A stretch of 64,000 nucleotides of DNA from Candidatus Obscuribacteraceae bacterium (GCA_044229845.1 JBGASG010000001.1:672001-736000), one strand, 5' to 3'; counted from the stretch's first letter, positions 28,739 to 38,808 are shown. A program made the numbers and translations. Notes: generated from the letters alone by a model not told the origin.

Positions 28739-29515
28739 CTAAGCCGTTTTTGAGCGCCCGCGCACAATTTCGGCAATTAGCGTCACGCCAATAGTACTGG
28801 CGATCATTAGGGTGCTGAGCGCATTAATTTCCGGGCTCACTCCAAATTTAACCGAGGCGTAGATCCAGAGAGGTAGTGTTGTGTCGCCCACCCCAGCCGT
28901 GAACTGGGTGATGATGAAGTCATCCAGCGACAGCACAAAGGTGAGCAGGCAACCGGCCAGAATGCCTGGCGTCAACAGCGGCAGCGTGACTTTCATGAAT
29001 GCCATTAATGGCGGTGCGCCGAGATCGCGGGCCGCTTCCTCGAGTCTTGGATCCAACCCTTCTAATCGACCCATCACCACCAACGTCATGTAGGCAACGC
29101 AGAAAACGATGTGCGAAACGATCACCGTTGCCAGCGAAAGCTGCAGGCCGAGAGCGATGAACAGCGTCAACGCCGCGACCGCCATAGCGATCTCTGGAAT
29201 GATAATCGGTAACATGGTCAGCGCCCTGTACAGACTTTCGCCGCGGAAGCGCAGGCGCGAGAGCCCGACTGCCGACATGGTTCCCATCACCGCTGAGATG
29301 CCGACAGCAATCGATGCCACTACCAGGCTGTTCTTCAACGCACCCAGGAGGTTTTCATCGTGGAAGAGCAGGTCATACCACTTGAAAGTGAAGCCGGTCC
29401 ATGTGACTGCCAACCGCGAGTCATCGAAGCTGAAGAAAATCAGCACCGCAATTGGTGCGTAGAGAAACATATACACGCACACCGCCAGAAGTGTCAGCCA
29501 GATTGAACCCTTCAT
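28739..29515 (-). CDS. potC: Spermidine/putrescine-type ABC transporter permease (PotC/PotI family)
   Basis: FLYAPI.VLI.FSF, FT.KWY, LEEAARDLGA (EAA loop), SLDDF.IT, TLPL.IY, PEINALST. ATG 29513-29515 overlaps the upstream TGA. Confidence 0.92.
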   Translation of the reverse strand: MKGSIWLTLLAVCVYMFLYAPIAVLIFFSFDDSRLAVTWTGFTFKWYDLLFHDENLLGALKNSLVVASIAVGISAVMGTMSAVGLSRLRFRGESLYRALTMLPIIIPEIAMAVAALTLFIALGLQLSLATVIVSHIVFCVAYMTLVVMGRLEGLDPRLEEAARDLGAPPLMAFMKVTLPLLTPGILAGCLLTFVLSLDDFIITQFTAGVGDTTLPLWIYASVKFGVSPEINALSTLMIASTIGVTLIAEIVRGRSKTA

Positions 29516-31470
29516 AAAGCGGGCACCAAACGAAATCGCACACCCCAGGCTTTGATTCCTTCCAGTTCGGACGTGATGTACTCGTCGAAGTCGTTCATCT
29601 CGATTTCCATTCGAGTGGTGCCGTCGTATCTGTGCTGGAGACCGGCACCGGACTTGTCCGGCGCTCCTTCCTTCGGGCTTAGTTTCTTGATCAGCTGGCG
29701 GCAAGTCATAGAGACTTGCATTGGGCTCTTGCCGTAAGTCGCGGTGCTACCAATGGTGGAAATTGAGGCGCCGGAAAATTTCACCTCTGTGTCGTGGTAC
29801 ACGTTCGGCGATTTGAGCAAGTATTCCATTGCTTTGTTGTACCAGTCGACAGCTTCGCTGAATTTGCCTTGTTCTTGTTTTACACGGGCGATGTCGGTCA
29901 TGACTGCAGGCACTTCACCGTTAGGCTGATGCAGAGCCTGGGCTTCGGCAAGCTCTTTGGTCAGAATTACCAGCGCCTGATCGAGGTTTTTGTTGCGCGC
30001 GGCTTGCAGAGCCGATACCCGCTTTTGCATACAGGTCCACTGAGCCTTGCGGCGGTCCTGGCGGGTTGCCAGAATTTTGTCACGCTCGCTTCTGTATTGG
30101 GCCGCCTTATCCTTGTCGGGTGTCGGGCAGTGCTCAAAAATGCGAGCCATGTCCTCATAGACCTGAGCCAGCGAGTGCGAGTCTTCACCATACTGGGCGG
30201 TGAGTTCCTTGAGTCGAGTCTTCTGTAGCTCCAAGGCCTGGTCGACTTTTCCTTGCCTGGTCAAGACGTGTCCCAGCATCTGCCGAGCCTGCTCGCGTTC
30301 GAGTATGCTTCCCGATGATGTGGCCAGGAAATTCTTCAATATGTTTTCTGCTTCCGGTAAGTTACCGTTCGGTCCCAGCCCCATCATGCTGCGCGCCTTG
30401 GTCAATCGCGGGTCTTCCCGATGCTGGAAATCCATGGACCCAGTGGTGAGGGAAGGGTTATGCGGCGTGGTTGTGAATCCGAAGGAAGTGTTGGTTGCCT
30501 GGGTTCGGAATACAGAAATTGCTGCGAGTTCTATTTTCGTGAACGCATTCAAATCGTTGTAGGTTCTTTCGAATGAGTCTTGCCGTAACGCTGCTGATAC
30601 GGTCTTCGTAGCCGCTCTGGAAGCAAGCAGAGCCGGGTCGATCTGAGGCAGTTTGTCGAGCTGTCCAGTGTCCGTCAGGAGCTTTTTGCAGATCGGATAC
30701 AGATTATCGATTTTGAAAACTTGACGATTACCTCCACTTGAAGATTCACCACTCTCGGTGACGCGAAATCGGAAATATGGATACTGACCATCATTGTGTT
30801 TCGCCAGAATCGAGATCGCTTCCGCCAGCAACAGACCTGCATCGGCAAAATGTTTTAATTCTTGTTGCGTACGGGCGAGGTCAATCAGAGCCATCGGTAG
30901 TTCGGGGCTGCTGTCGGGGAGTTGTCTGCGTGCTCTTTGTATTTCTGCCTTGAGTACTATGGCCGCCTCCGCGGAGTTACCTGTCTGTAAGAGAGTGAGA
31001 GCTTTCTCTCGCTCTCCCATGAGTGCCAGCTCGCCAGCCGTTTGCTTCTTATCTGCTTCGATAACCTGGTCGCGCATTTGCCGCAGGTACTTCGCTAGTG
31101 CTGGAGAATTTTTTTGCGCGCCCGTGGCCGATTGGTGGTACTTCTGTGCGAGATGCAAATCATTAGCGCCGTAATAGTCATTGAGGTGACTCATTTCTTT
31201 CGCGATCAGTTTAAGAGCCTTCGCGTCTTCTCCTTCTCGTGAATAGACCTCCACCAGTTGCTCATAACCGACATGGTGAAACTGACCAAAGGTCGGATCT
31301 TGATAGATAGAAAGCCATATTTTTTCAGCCTTCTTTAGATCGCCGGCCTTCATAGCCGCCCAACCAGCCAACAAGGTCGGCTCGTCGTTGGATTCACCGG
31401 TGGCTGAAGATTGTCTGGTGGCAGCTGCTAGACAGAGAAGAAGCATCAACAATATTGATGCTCGTCTCAT
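29512..31470 (-). CDS. Exported TPR-containing protein with internal duplication
   Basis: Signal peptide; two similar halves (ELPMALIDLAR.QQE / EVPAVMTDIARVKQE); TPR-like helices. Confidence 0.8.
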   Translation of the reverse strand: MRRASILLMLLLCLAAATRQSSATGESNDEPTLLAGWAAMKAGDLKKAEKIWLSIYQDPTFGQFHHVGYEQLVEVYSREGEDAKALKLIAKEMSHLNDYYGANDLHLAQKYHQSATGAQKNSPALAKYLRQMRDQVIEADKKQTAGELALMGEREKALTLLQTGNSAEAAIVLKAEIQRARRQLPDSSPELPMALIDLARTQQELKHFADAGLLLAEAISILAKHNDGQYPYFRFRVTESGESSSGGNRQVFKIDNLYPICKKLLTDTGQLDKLPQIDPALLASRAATKTVSAALRQDSFERTYNDLNAFTKIELAAISVFRTQATNTSFGFTTTPHNPSLTTGSMDFQHREDPRLTKARSMMGLGPNGNLPEAENILKNFLATSSGSILEREQARQMLGHVLTRQGKVDQALELQKTRLKELTAQYGEDSHSLAQVYEDMARIFEHCPTPDKDKAAQYRSERDKILATRQDRRKAQWTCMQKRVSALQAARNKNLDQALVILTKELAEAQALHQPNGEVPAVMTDIARVKQEQGKFSEAVDWYNKAMEYLLKSPNVYHDTEVKFSGASISTIGSTATYGKSPMQVSMTCRQLIKKLSPKEGAPDKSGAGLQHRYDGTTRMEIEMNDFDEYITSELEGIKAWGVRFRLVPAL

Positions 31471-33242
31471 TCGTTAGCTTTGACCAGCTGATTGAGATTG
31501 ATCGCTCTGATTTCCTCGGCACGCTTCCTGGCAGCCGCGGCTTCAGTTGGCTGTTTGAGCATTTCCAGCAGCGGTGCGTATTCTCGCAGGGTGAGGGCGA
31601 TGTCCGGATGAGTAGGATCGAGAGGTTGTTGCAGTGCGAGCGCTTTCTGGAAGCAGGTTTGAGCTTCTACAAACCTATCCATGGCCATCAGCAACTTGCC
31701 AAGATTGACGTGGTTGTATGCCAATTGCGGATCGTCGGGTGCATTCAAACGATTAGCCGACTCCAAGGCTTTGAGAAGAAACTCTTTGGAGCCCGCTAGA
31801 TTTCCCTGCGCGCGCAGACAGTCGCCGATATTGTTTTGCACCGCAGACAGTATCAAGTCAAGATCACGATTTTTGGGGTCGGCTGCGATCGTATTGGCCT
31901 TTTCCAGAAATCCTTGAGCTTCTCTGAATTCGCCTTTGCGGATGTGCATAAGGGCCATCGTGTTCAGGAGAGAGGCAATCCAGACCGGATCATCGGTGCC
32001 ACCGGATGCACCAGCCATAGACATTGAGCGCTCCGCCGCCGAGCGAGCCTCGTCAAAGCGCTCTTGTTCTACGTAGACAGCTGCCAATTGCGCCAGGTGG
32101 TGCTTAAGGTGTTTCTGACCTTCAGGAGATTGATCTCCGCCTCTGAACAAAATCAATTGCTTGATGCGTTGCTCGGCTCCGTGCAAATTGCCCTCGCGCT
32201 TGTCGATGATGGCAAGCAGTTCTTCAGCTTCCAACTTGTGCTTGGCTGAAAGCGGTTTGCGTGACTCGGGCGATTCACCCGTGAGTGTCTTGATCGACCA
32301 GGAGACTGTCTTCCAGAGATTGGCGCCCTCATCCCGCTTGGCGCGCAACAGCTCGTTCGTTTCGACAACTATTTGATTCAGATCGACATTCAGTTTGCTG
32401 AGGACCTGCCCGGCTCGGTTTTCTGGATGTTTGATCAAGCCCAACATGATGTGCCCGGTGCCGATCATGTCATCCATAGCCACGGCTTCGGCAAAGGCAT
32501 CTCCGAGCGCGCGGGAGAGTTCATACCGATTAGCGCGTTGCGTATCGCTGCCCTTGAAGGCTTTCTCAGCGTGGAAGCTCTGGCTGACTACCGCGCGTAC
32601 CGCGTCCGTGTCAATCTCTCGCTTGCGCAGCGGCTCGCCGCCGGCAAACTTGGTATCGGAGATGAGTGCCAGCAGTACATGCTCTGTGCCTACCATCTCA
32701 CTGCCGTCTCGCAAACATTCTTCGTTGGCTCGCATGATCAGCTCGTCGGCCCGGTCCACAAAACATGCATAGAAGAATGAACGTGGAGTAGTTCCACTTT
32801 GCTGCATGACGTGCATGGCCATTTGTTCGACTTGCGGGCGCAAGCGGTTGGCGTCCACTCCCAGGGACTTCAGCACCACTAGAGCGCGATTGTCCGCCTG
32901 TTTAATAAGCCCCAACAATAGATGTTCGGTACCGACGTCTGTCGAGCCAAGCCTTTTAGCCTCCTGCGCGGCGATATCCATGACTTGCTGCCCGTCGGGC
33001 GCAAAGGAGATATCAAGACCGCCTGGCTCACTGGCAGGCGTGTTGGACTTTTCGATTTCCGCATGCACAGCCTGGAATGAGACTCCGGCCGCCTTCAAGA
33101 TTTTGGAGGCAGAACCGCTGCCTTCGGCGATTAGACCGAGCAAAAGCTGCTCGGAGCCGATGCCTTTTTGCCGAAAGCGTCGAGTCTCTTCCTGAGCGAG
33201 GGAGATCACTTTGATTGCGCCGGGTGTGAAATTTTCGAACAT
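31467..33242 (-). CDS. Clp N-terminal-repeat (x4) plus TPR protein, no AAA+ module
   Basis: MFENFT start; GSEQLLLGLI, GTEHLLLGLI, GTEHVLLALI, GTGHIMLGLI; C-terminal kinesin-light-chain-like TPRs (HPDIALTLREYA); no Walker motifs. Confidence 0.88.
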   Translation of the reverse strand: MFENFTPGAIKVISLAQEETRRFRQKGIGSEQLLLGLIAEGSGSASKILKAAGVSFQAVHAEIEKSNTPASEPGGLDISFAPDGQQVMDIAAQEAKRLGSTDVGTEHLLLGLIKQADNRALVVLKSLGVDANRLRPQVEQMAMHVMQQSGTTPRSFFYACFVDRADELIMRANEECLRDGSEMVGTEHVLLALISDTKFAGGEPLRKREIDTDAVRAVVSQSFHAEKAFKGSDTQRANRYELSRALGDAFAEAVAMDDMIGTGHIMLGLIKHPENRAGQVLSKLNVDLNQIVVETNELLRAKRDEGANLWKTVSWSIKTLTGESPESRKPLSAKHKLEAEELLAIIDKREGNLHGAEQRIKQLILFRGGDQSPEGQKHLKHHLAQLAAVYVEQERFDEARSAAERSMSMAGASGGTDDPVWIASLLNTMALMHIRKGEFREAQGFLEKANTIAADPKNRDLDLILSAVQNNIGDCLRAQGNLAGSKEFLLKALESANRLNAPDDPQLAYNHVNLGKLLMAMDRFVEAQTCFQKALALQQPLDPTHPDIALTLREYAPLLEMLKQPTEAAAARKRAEEIRAINLNQLVKANE

Positions 33243-33251
33243 AGCCGCAAA

Positions 33252-34733
33252 TTATATCGTTCGGGCCGGCTCTGCGGTTTCGAGGGCTTGCTTAAACTCA
33301 ATCGCGCTTTGTACCCGCTTTGCTTCATCGACGGCTGTGGCACGCGCTATCAACTCGTCAAGAGCAGTCGTCACGGCAGCATTGAAGTTTTGTGGATGGG
33401 CGGGCGTAATCGGCTGTGGATCTTGACCGGTCAAAAGAAAGTGGAGCGTGCCGCCCATTGCGTACACGTCGCTGCGGGGTGTCGGCTTGCCGCGGAACTG
33501 TTCCGGCGGAATGTAAGCATGTTTGCCGACTACTGTTGCGGTCGTTGTTGCTTCTCTCTGGTGCGCGACGTTGAAGTCGATTAGCTTTAGAGTGCCCGCG
33601 GTGGTCAAGATTAGGTTGTCCGGTGTGAAATCGCGGTGCACTACCGGTGGTGCTTGATCGTGCAAGTAGGCCAGAATCTCACACATTTGCAAGCCCAGCT
33701 CAGTCACCATGCTCTCCAAAAGCGGCCCGTTGTCGGTCACCAGCTTGCGCAGTGAATTGCCTTCAATCAACTCCAGAACCAGATAGCCCCGATGGTCTTC
33801 GAAGAAGAAATCGAGAAGCTGCACGATTTGTGGGTGTTGCAGTTTTTGCAACAGCTTCGCTTCGTGCTGCAGCACCTCGATTGATTGTTTGCGCGCATTC
33901 AGAGTCACGTGCACCGGCAATACATACTCTTTGAGAACTACAACCATCTCTTCGCGGTCGTCTGTGGCCAGTGACAGCGCCTTATACGCGGTGCCCTGAC
34001 CGCCCATCCCGATGCGGTCGACAATCACATAGTTGCCACCTTGGAGTTTGGTGTCCGGTGCCAGCGGTGCCAGACGTTCTCTTTGCGGAGTAGCCGAGAG
34101 TGCGTTCAGCCACAACTCTGTATAGGTATGATCAGGAGGCTTGGCGAGCAGCGCCGTCACTTCATAGTCTCGGCGCACGTCTTTGGCATATTTGTTGAGG
34201 GCGCTCAGCACCTTATCTTTGCCGTCAGCCTCGATCAATCCGCCGACGCGAATTTGCATGAGCCGTTTTGGTTTCTTCTGTTTATTTACACCATTGAAGG
34301 TAATCATGGCGTTGTCCTGCAGGGTGCTGCCCGGCAACTGTCGCACTTCGATGTTGTCCACTTGCGACCATGGCACTACCCGTGATGCGCGATCGCCCAT
34401 CTGTTTCCAATGTGTGCGCAGACCTTCGGAGCTGATCTCCAGGTGAGTCGGCTGCAAAAGAAAGCGCGACAGACGTCTGAGGACTATGAATGATACTGGT
34501 GCAAATATCAGCCACCAGGCGGGGTGGAGGAGCGTCGCCCAGACCGCGCCGATAGCCTTTTCCAAGCCTGGTGTAAGCGAGTACAGCGATTCTTTGAACA
34601 ACCACAGAAGACCTACTGCCACCACTGTCGTCAGGTAGAGAATTGGATACGAATTCTCGCGCTCGATCAGATACGCGAGCCAACGACTGGTGTTGCCTTC
34701 TGGTCGATAGGAAATCAGTTGCTCGTCGCTCAT
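33252..34733 (-). CDS. Membrane-anchored Hanks-type Ser/Thr protein kinase
   Basis: Two N-terminal TM segments, GMGGQG, VVLKE, HRDFTPDN, DFN, GKHAYIPPE. Confidence 0.92.
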   Translation of the reverse strand: MSDEQLISYRPEGNTSRWLAYLIERENSYPILYLTTVVAVGLLWLFKESLYSLTPGLEKAIGAVWATLLHPAWWLIFAPVSFIVLRRLSRFLLQPTHLEISSEGLRTHWKQMGDRASRVVPWSQVDNIEVRQLPGSTLQDNAMITFNGVNKQKKPKRLMQIRVGGLIEADGKDKVLSALNKYAKDVRRDYEVTALLAKPPDHTYTELWLNALSATPQRERLAPLAPDTKLQGGNYVIVDRIGMGGQGTAYKALSLATDDREEMVVVLKEYVLPVHVTLNARKQSIEVLQHEAKLLQKLQHPQIVQLLDFFFEDHRGYLVLELIEGNSLRKLVTDNGPLLESMVTELGLQMCEILAYLHDQAPPVVHRDFTPDNLILTTAGTLKLIDFNVAHQREATTTATVVGKHAYIPPEQFRGKPTPRSDVYAMGGTLHFLLTGQDPQPITPAHPQNFNAAVTTALDELIARATAVDEAKRVQSAIEFKQALETAEPARTI

Positions 34734-34734
34734 G

Positions 34735-36177
34735 CTACTTTTTCGCGATACTAATGACGTGCGGGGCGATCTGGTCCTTCAATGCTTCGAGGCGTTCTGT
34801 TAAGTCTTCCGCCGACTGAACTCGTTCGCTGACATCGAACTGGTTGCACGCCATCACCAGTTCCGCAACCTCGTTCGACACGCGGGGATTCACGGTCCGC
34901 GGATCATTGGTTGCCAACGCTTCGGGATCTTGTCCAGTCAAAAGGAAATACATGCTGCCGCCCAGAGCGTAGATATCGCTTTGCGTCGTTGCATGCCCCT
35001 GAAATTGCTCGGGGGCGATGTAGGCTTGCTTGCCGACCAGCGTGCCGGTGGCTGTACCGATCAATTCGTTGGCGGCACCAAAGTCGATCAGCACTACTTC
35101 GGCGGCATTACGCAAGACCAGGTTATCTGGAGTCAAATCGCGATGCACGATGGGTGGCTCTTGATTGTGCAGATATTTCAAAATCTTGGCGGTCTGCAAC
35201 GACCAGTCCAGAACAGTGCCCTCATCCTGGGGACCAGCCTGCCTGACCACCTGTCGCAGATCTTCGCCTTCAAGATACTCCAGCATCAGATAATGACGAT
35301 CGTCTTCAACAAAGTGATCGTGCACTTTGGCGATATGGTCATGTTGGAGCCGGCGCAGATAGTTGGCTTCCCGCTCGAACATCTGTCTGGCTTTATTGCG
35401 CAGGTTTTCGTCTGCGGTGTCCGGCACCACCGACTCCTTGAGCACCACGGCTTGCGTGCCGTTCAACTGCGCTAGATAAATGGCTGACAATCCGCCGAAT
35501 GCCAGTTGCCGGATGATCTTCAGCCGCTCCCCCTGGACAAACTGCCCGGGCTGCAGGGGCACGAATGCAGTGGAAGCGAAGCGGCGATTGAGCTCTTCTT
35601 CCCACATCTGGGTGTACGAAAGCTCCCCGACGTTGGCTCTCTCATCGTGCAACTGTCCAAGCAGTGCAGTCAGGCTCATGTCCTTCTCGGCTTCGGTGGC
35701 TCTAACTTCAAGGGCTAACAGCAGTTGTTCCAGGTTTTCGCGGTCCAGATTGGCGAGCGAGAGGCGTGCAACGCTGCCGTTTTTGAAGAAGAGTCGCAGC
35801 TGGGCTTTCTCGTCCGCCATGTCCATGGCAATGCGCGTCAATTCCTTCCATTTCCTTTGCCGCCGCAGCGCTAGGGCAAACAAGAAAACTCCTGGCAGAC
35901 AAATTCCTTCCTTATTGAGAGTGATCGACTTTTCAGCGAAGTTGATCAAAGCGATCAGACCGAGCGAAGTGACCACCAGACTGAGAACAAACGGCACCAG
36001 CAGGTCGGCGGGAGCCTCGGCGCCTCCAAACAGCGCCAGTTTAATCAAGAAACCCAGATAGCCGATCGCGACTAGCGGAGACATAATTGCCCAAACGGGC
36101 ACCAGCGTGCCGGTCACGACCAGTCCGGCGTTTCCAATTCGGCTGCGGTAAGGGATGGAGAGTTCGCTCTCTGCCAC
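34735..36177 (-). CDS. Membrane-anchored Hanks-type Ser/Thr protein kinase (paralog)
   Basis: TM segments, AFGGLS, VVLKE, HRDLTPDN, DFG, GKQAYIAPE. Start uncertain (GTG 36177 vs 36309). Confidence 0.92.
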   Translation of the reverse strand: MAESELSIPYRSRIGNAGLVVTGTLVPVWAIMSPLVAIGYLGFLIKLALFGGAEAPADLLVPFVLSLVVTSLGLIALINFAEKSITLNKEGICLPGVFLFALALRRQRKWKELTRIAMDMADEKAQLRLFFKNGSVARLSLANLDRENLEQLLLALEVRATEAEKDMSLTALLGQLHDERANVGELSYTQMWEEELNRRFASTAFVPLQPGQFVQGERLKIIRQLAFGGLSAIYLAQLNGTQAVVLKESVVPDTADENLRNKARQMFEREANYLRRLQHDHIAKVHDHFVEDDRHYLMLEYLEGEDLRQVVRQAGPQDEGTVLDWSLQTAKILKYLHNQEPPIVHRDLTPDNLVLRNAAEVVLIDFGAANELIGTATGTLVGKQAYIAPEQFQGHATTQSDIYALGGSMYFLLTGQDPEALATNDPRTVNPRVSNEVAELVMACNQFDVSERVQSAEDLTERLEALKDQIAPHVISIAKK

Positions 36178-36417
36178 GGCTGGGTCTCGTAGTAATCCGC
36201 TTTGAGCGGGTATTGCCAGTTTCTTAGCGTTTGCAAGGACTGTCAATATCCTTTTCCCTGAAACGGCAGGTTTCAGCCGGTTCGGGTTTCTGCAGGGAAA
36301 AGTGCGCAAGCCCGCACAGTTTCTTGGGCAGGCGGATATTTCACGGGGCTGCCACTTTCGTGTTTTATGTTGCTCGCAGCTCGAGCATACAGCTGCAACT
36401 CGGCCTTCTTACTACAC

Positions 36418-37044
36418 ATGCCGGAGAAGATTTGCATGGTCAATTACACCGATTGCTGCTTGAGCAGCGATTTGGAGGCACTCAGTACCGCAGGTGGTAT
36501 CAATACAGAGCATCAGCACCATCATCAGCAGCATGGTCATCCTTCCTGCGATCAACGCAAAGACGCTGCGCTGCGACTGGCCCGGCAGAACAGGCTGCTG
36601 CGCGAGCGTGACATGGAGAGTAAGAGCTGGGGACGTTTCTGCAACGATTGCTACGATCTCGAGGGCGCCGTTATGGCTGGTGACTCGCGATCTACGCAAG
36701 CCATGCTGAAGAACTTCAGACAGGACATAACGCGGTGCATCGGTCTGATTCTTCAGCAGGTAGCGGTCGATTTGAAGTTTGGTGGCATCACCATGAACTA
36801 TGTGCTGCTTTCGACGGATCAGTATCGTATCGAGGTGAGCCTGCAGACTGCCTTTAATGAGAAGCGCTGGCCGGTTGTTTCGTTCAACACGCACCCACTG
36901 GCGCAACCGTATGTGGTGGGCGGACTGTCTGCTGGAGCTCCGACGGTTGAGCAAGCGTTCAAACTGATCGGAGATCGTGGTGTTATGTTGCTGGCAGGTG
37001 CTACTGCCGTAGTGCCTGCAACTGAGCGGTCGCTTCATTGTTGA
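36418..37044 (+). CDS. Hypothetical protein with His/Cys-rich N-terminus
   Basis: ORF fills the gap between genes; HQHHHQQHGH, CC and CNDC. Start uncertain. Confidence 0.55.
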   Translation: MPEKICMVNYTDCCLSSDLEALSTAGGINTEHQHHHQQHGHPSCDQRKDAALRLARQNRLLRERDMESKSWGRFCNDCYDLEGAVMAGDSRSTQAMLKNFRQDITRCIGLILQQVAVDLKFGGITMNYVLLSTDQYRIEVSLQTAFNEKRWPVVSFNTHPLAQPYVVGGLSAGAPTVEQAFKLIGDRGVMLLAGATAVVPATERSLHC

Positions 37045-37195
37045 AGCACGCTCTGGCGTAGGATATGCTGTCGTCCAGCATTCGATTTATGTCGGCGGTT
37101 GAGACATACAGATCGTCAGACAATATGGTTCACCGAGACTCTAATGATTAGATTCCCAGAAAGGCGAGAAATGTACCGCAAGGTGCCGCGCTGCT

Positions 37196-38038
37196 TTACC
37201 GCGGCGACAACCCGAGATAGGGATCGTCGAGGTCGAAGTTGAGAACCTCCCGAAAGAGCCATTTCGTCACCGCGTCCGGGCGCACCGGTTTTGACTTGGC
37301 CAGCGATTCGTGAATCGTGCTACGCCTGTGCACTTCGTTGTCGCGTGTGTCCTGCACCAGGGCCTGCCACTGTGAGGCTTCATCCATAGTCAGTTTTTGA
37401 ACACCCGGAGCAACCTCCGGCAAATCTGGTTTTGTCGAGGCGATCGGCTTGGTAGAGCGCTCGGTCGCAGTAGCGGCGCCTCCGCCAGCACCCATCCCTG
37501 CGGCAGTCAGAGAGATGGAATGAGGTGTGGACTTCAACGAAAGCCTTTTAATGGCGTCGGTGTGGTATTCGTAGAGAGCCGCCTGGCGCCTTTCGAACGG
37601 CATTGATGCGATGTAGTCCAACGTTTTGAACCACTTCAGCTGCGCCAGGTATGCATCCGGAGTGTACATACCCGGCAGAATGTCCAGCACTTGCCCGTCC
37701 GCTGCGAGAACATAAGTGGCAATGTTGCCGGGGATGGTGCGATTGATGACGTGTCCATTTCGGAAGTCGATGCTGATGATGGGAACGTCTCGAACAGATT
37801 CCCAAACGGGCTCGAACGTCGCGTTTATGAAGTCGGCAATCCTCTGGTCTGAGAACAACATCGTTCTCGCCAGCCGAGCATTGGTGCAGCACAATTCTTC
37901 GTCGAGCTTACCCAGCATCTGAAACAGAAAAATGAGTGCACCCGATTCGCTCGCGCTTTGACACGCAGTGACTGCATCGGCACGCCATCTGATTAAGCCT
38001 GGTTCGCAACGGTTACCTTGATCACACGGCAAATCCAT
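37196..38038 (-). CDS. Thioredoxin-like protein resembling bacterial selenoprotein-N-like family, Cys-Cys form
   Basis: LG.LDEELCC.NAR..R..LFSD..I..FIN..F.PVWESVR, IDF..G, GNIATYV...DG.VLD.LPG.YTP. Family recalled from memory, not searched. Confidence 0.6.
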   Translation of the reverse strand: MDLPCDQGNRCEPGLIRWRADAVTACQSASESGALIFLFQMLGKLDEELCCTNARLARTMLFSDQRIADFINATFEPVWESVRDVPIISIDFRNGHVINRTIPGNIATYVLAADGQVLDILPGMYTPDAYLAQLKWFKTLDYIASMPFERRQAALYEYHTDAIKRLSLKSTPHSISLTAAGMGAGGGAATATERSTKPIASTKPDLPEVAPGVQKLTMDEASQWQALVQDTRDNEVHRRSTIHESLAKSKPVRPDAVTKWLFREVLNFDLDDPYLGLSPR

Positions 38039-38376
38039 GATCGACTACCCCTGAAGAGCGGGAGGCACATTGCAATTTTCATCATAACAAAGCAGTAATC
38101 TGAACGAGTGTGACCAAAGTCGCCAGGAGCGGCATGAATAGTCAATGCGCGCCAGATTAGACGCGGTTCAGATTTCTTGCTACATTCCGCAATCATAGAC
38201 TGAAAGCGTGTTTCGGCAGATTTAAGCAGAACATCCGGTAACGATGGGTTTAAAGATTAGATTGGCGTTTCAGTGAGGTTTGTACGAATGACACACCCCA
38301 GGAAGCTCCTCTAACATATTGCCGAACTGTTCCCTGTCCTAGCGGTTGGCGGCTTCAATATTTTGAGGGTCCTTGC

Positions 38377-38808
38377 ATGAGCGATGACTTGTTCTCCGCC
38401 TATGCAATCTATTCCAACACTCATGCGAACCTGCCGAAGCAGGATATTCGTGTGCCTGGATTGGGCGAGTGCATGCTGCGCGCGTTGGGTTTCAAGCGAA
38501 ACGAGCCCTTCTACGGCGTTGATGGCGATCGCATCGCTGCGCGGTTTCCGCATAGAGGCTGGGATTGGGCGAGGCATGGCTACCAGGAAGATGAGCCCTT
38601 CTGGATCACCGAGGGCAAGCAAAACGAAATGTCAGCGCACTTCATTTTGGCGTTCATGGCCATGAATGTAGCGTTTGCAATTTACATCATCGGAGAAAAA
38701 GCGAAGCCACAAGAGCAGTCGGTGGCCGCTCCTCCCGCTGTGCGATATGCACAACCGGACAAGCAGCAAGCGGCGGTATCACGGGTGCAGTTTTACGTTC
38801 AGCGCTGA
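38377..38808 (+). CDS. Hypothetical single-TM protein, paralog of 38815..39309
   Basis: DLF.AYA.Y, IRVP...EC..R..G.KR..PF.G.DGD.IAAR shared with the next gene. Confidence 0.8.
   Translation: MSDDLFSAYAIYSNTHANLPKQDIRVPGLGECMLRALGFKRNEPFYGVDGDRIAARFPHRGWDWARHGYQEDEPFWITEGKQNEMSAHFILAFMAMNVAFAIYIIGEKAKPQEQSVAAPPAVRYAQPDKQQAAVSRVQFYVQR

Noticed and set aside
37885..37892. Selenocysteine codon in the SelN-like gene
   Set aside because: The codons are TGC TGC; there is no in-frame TGA.
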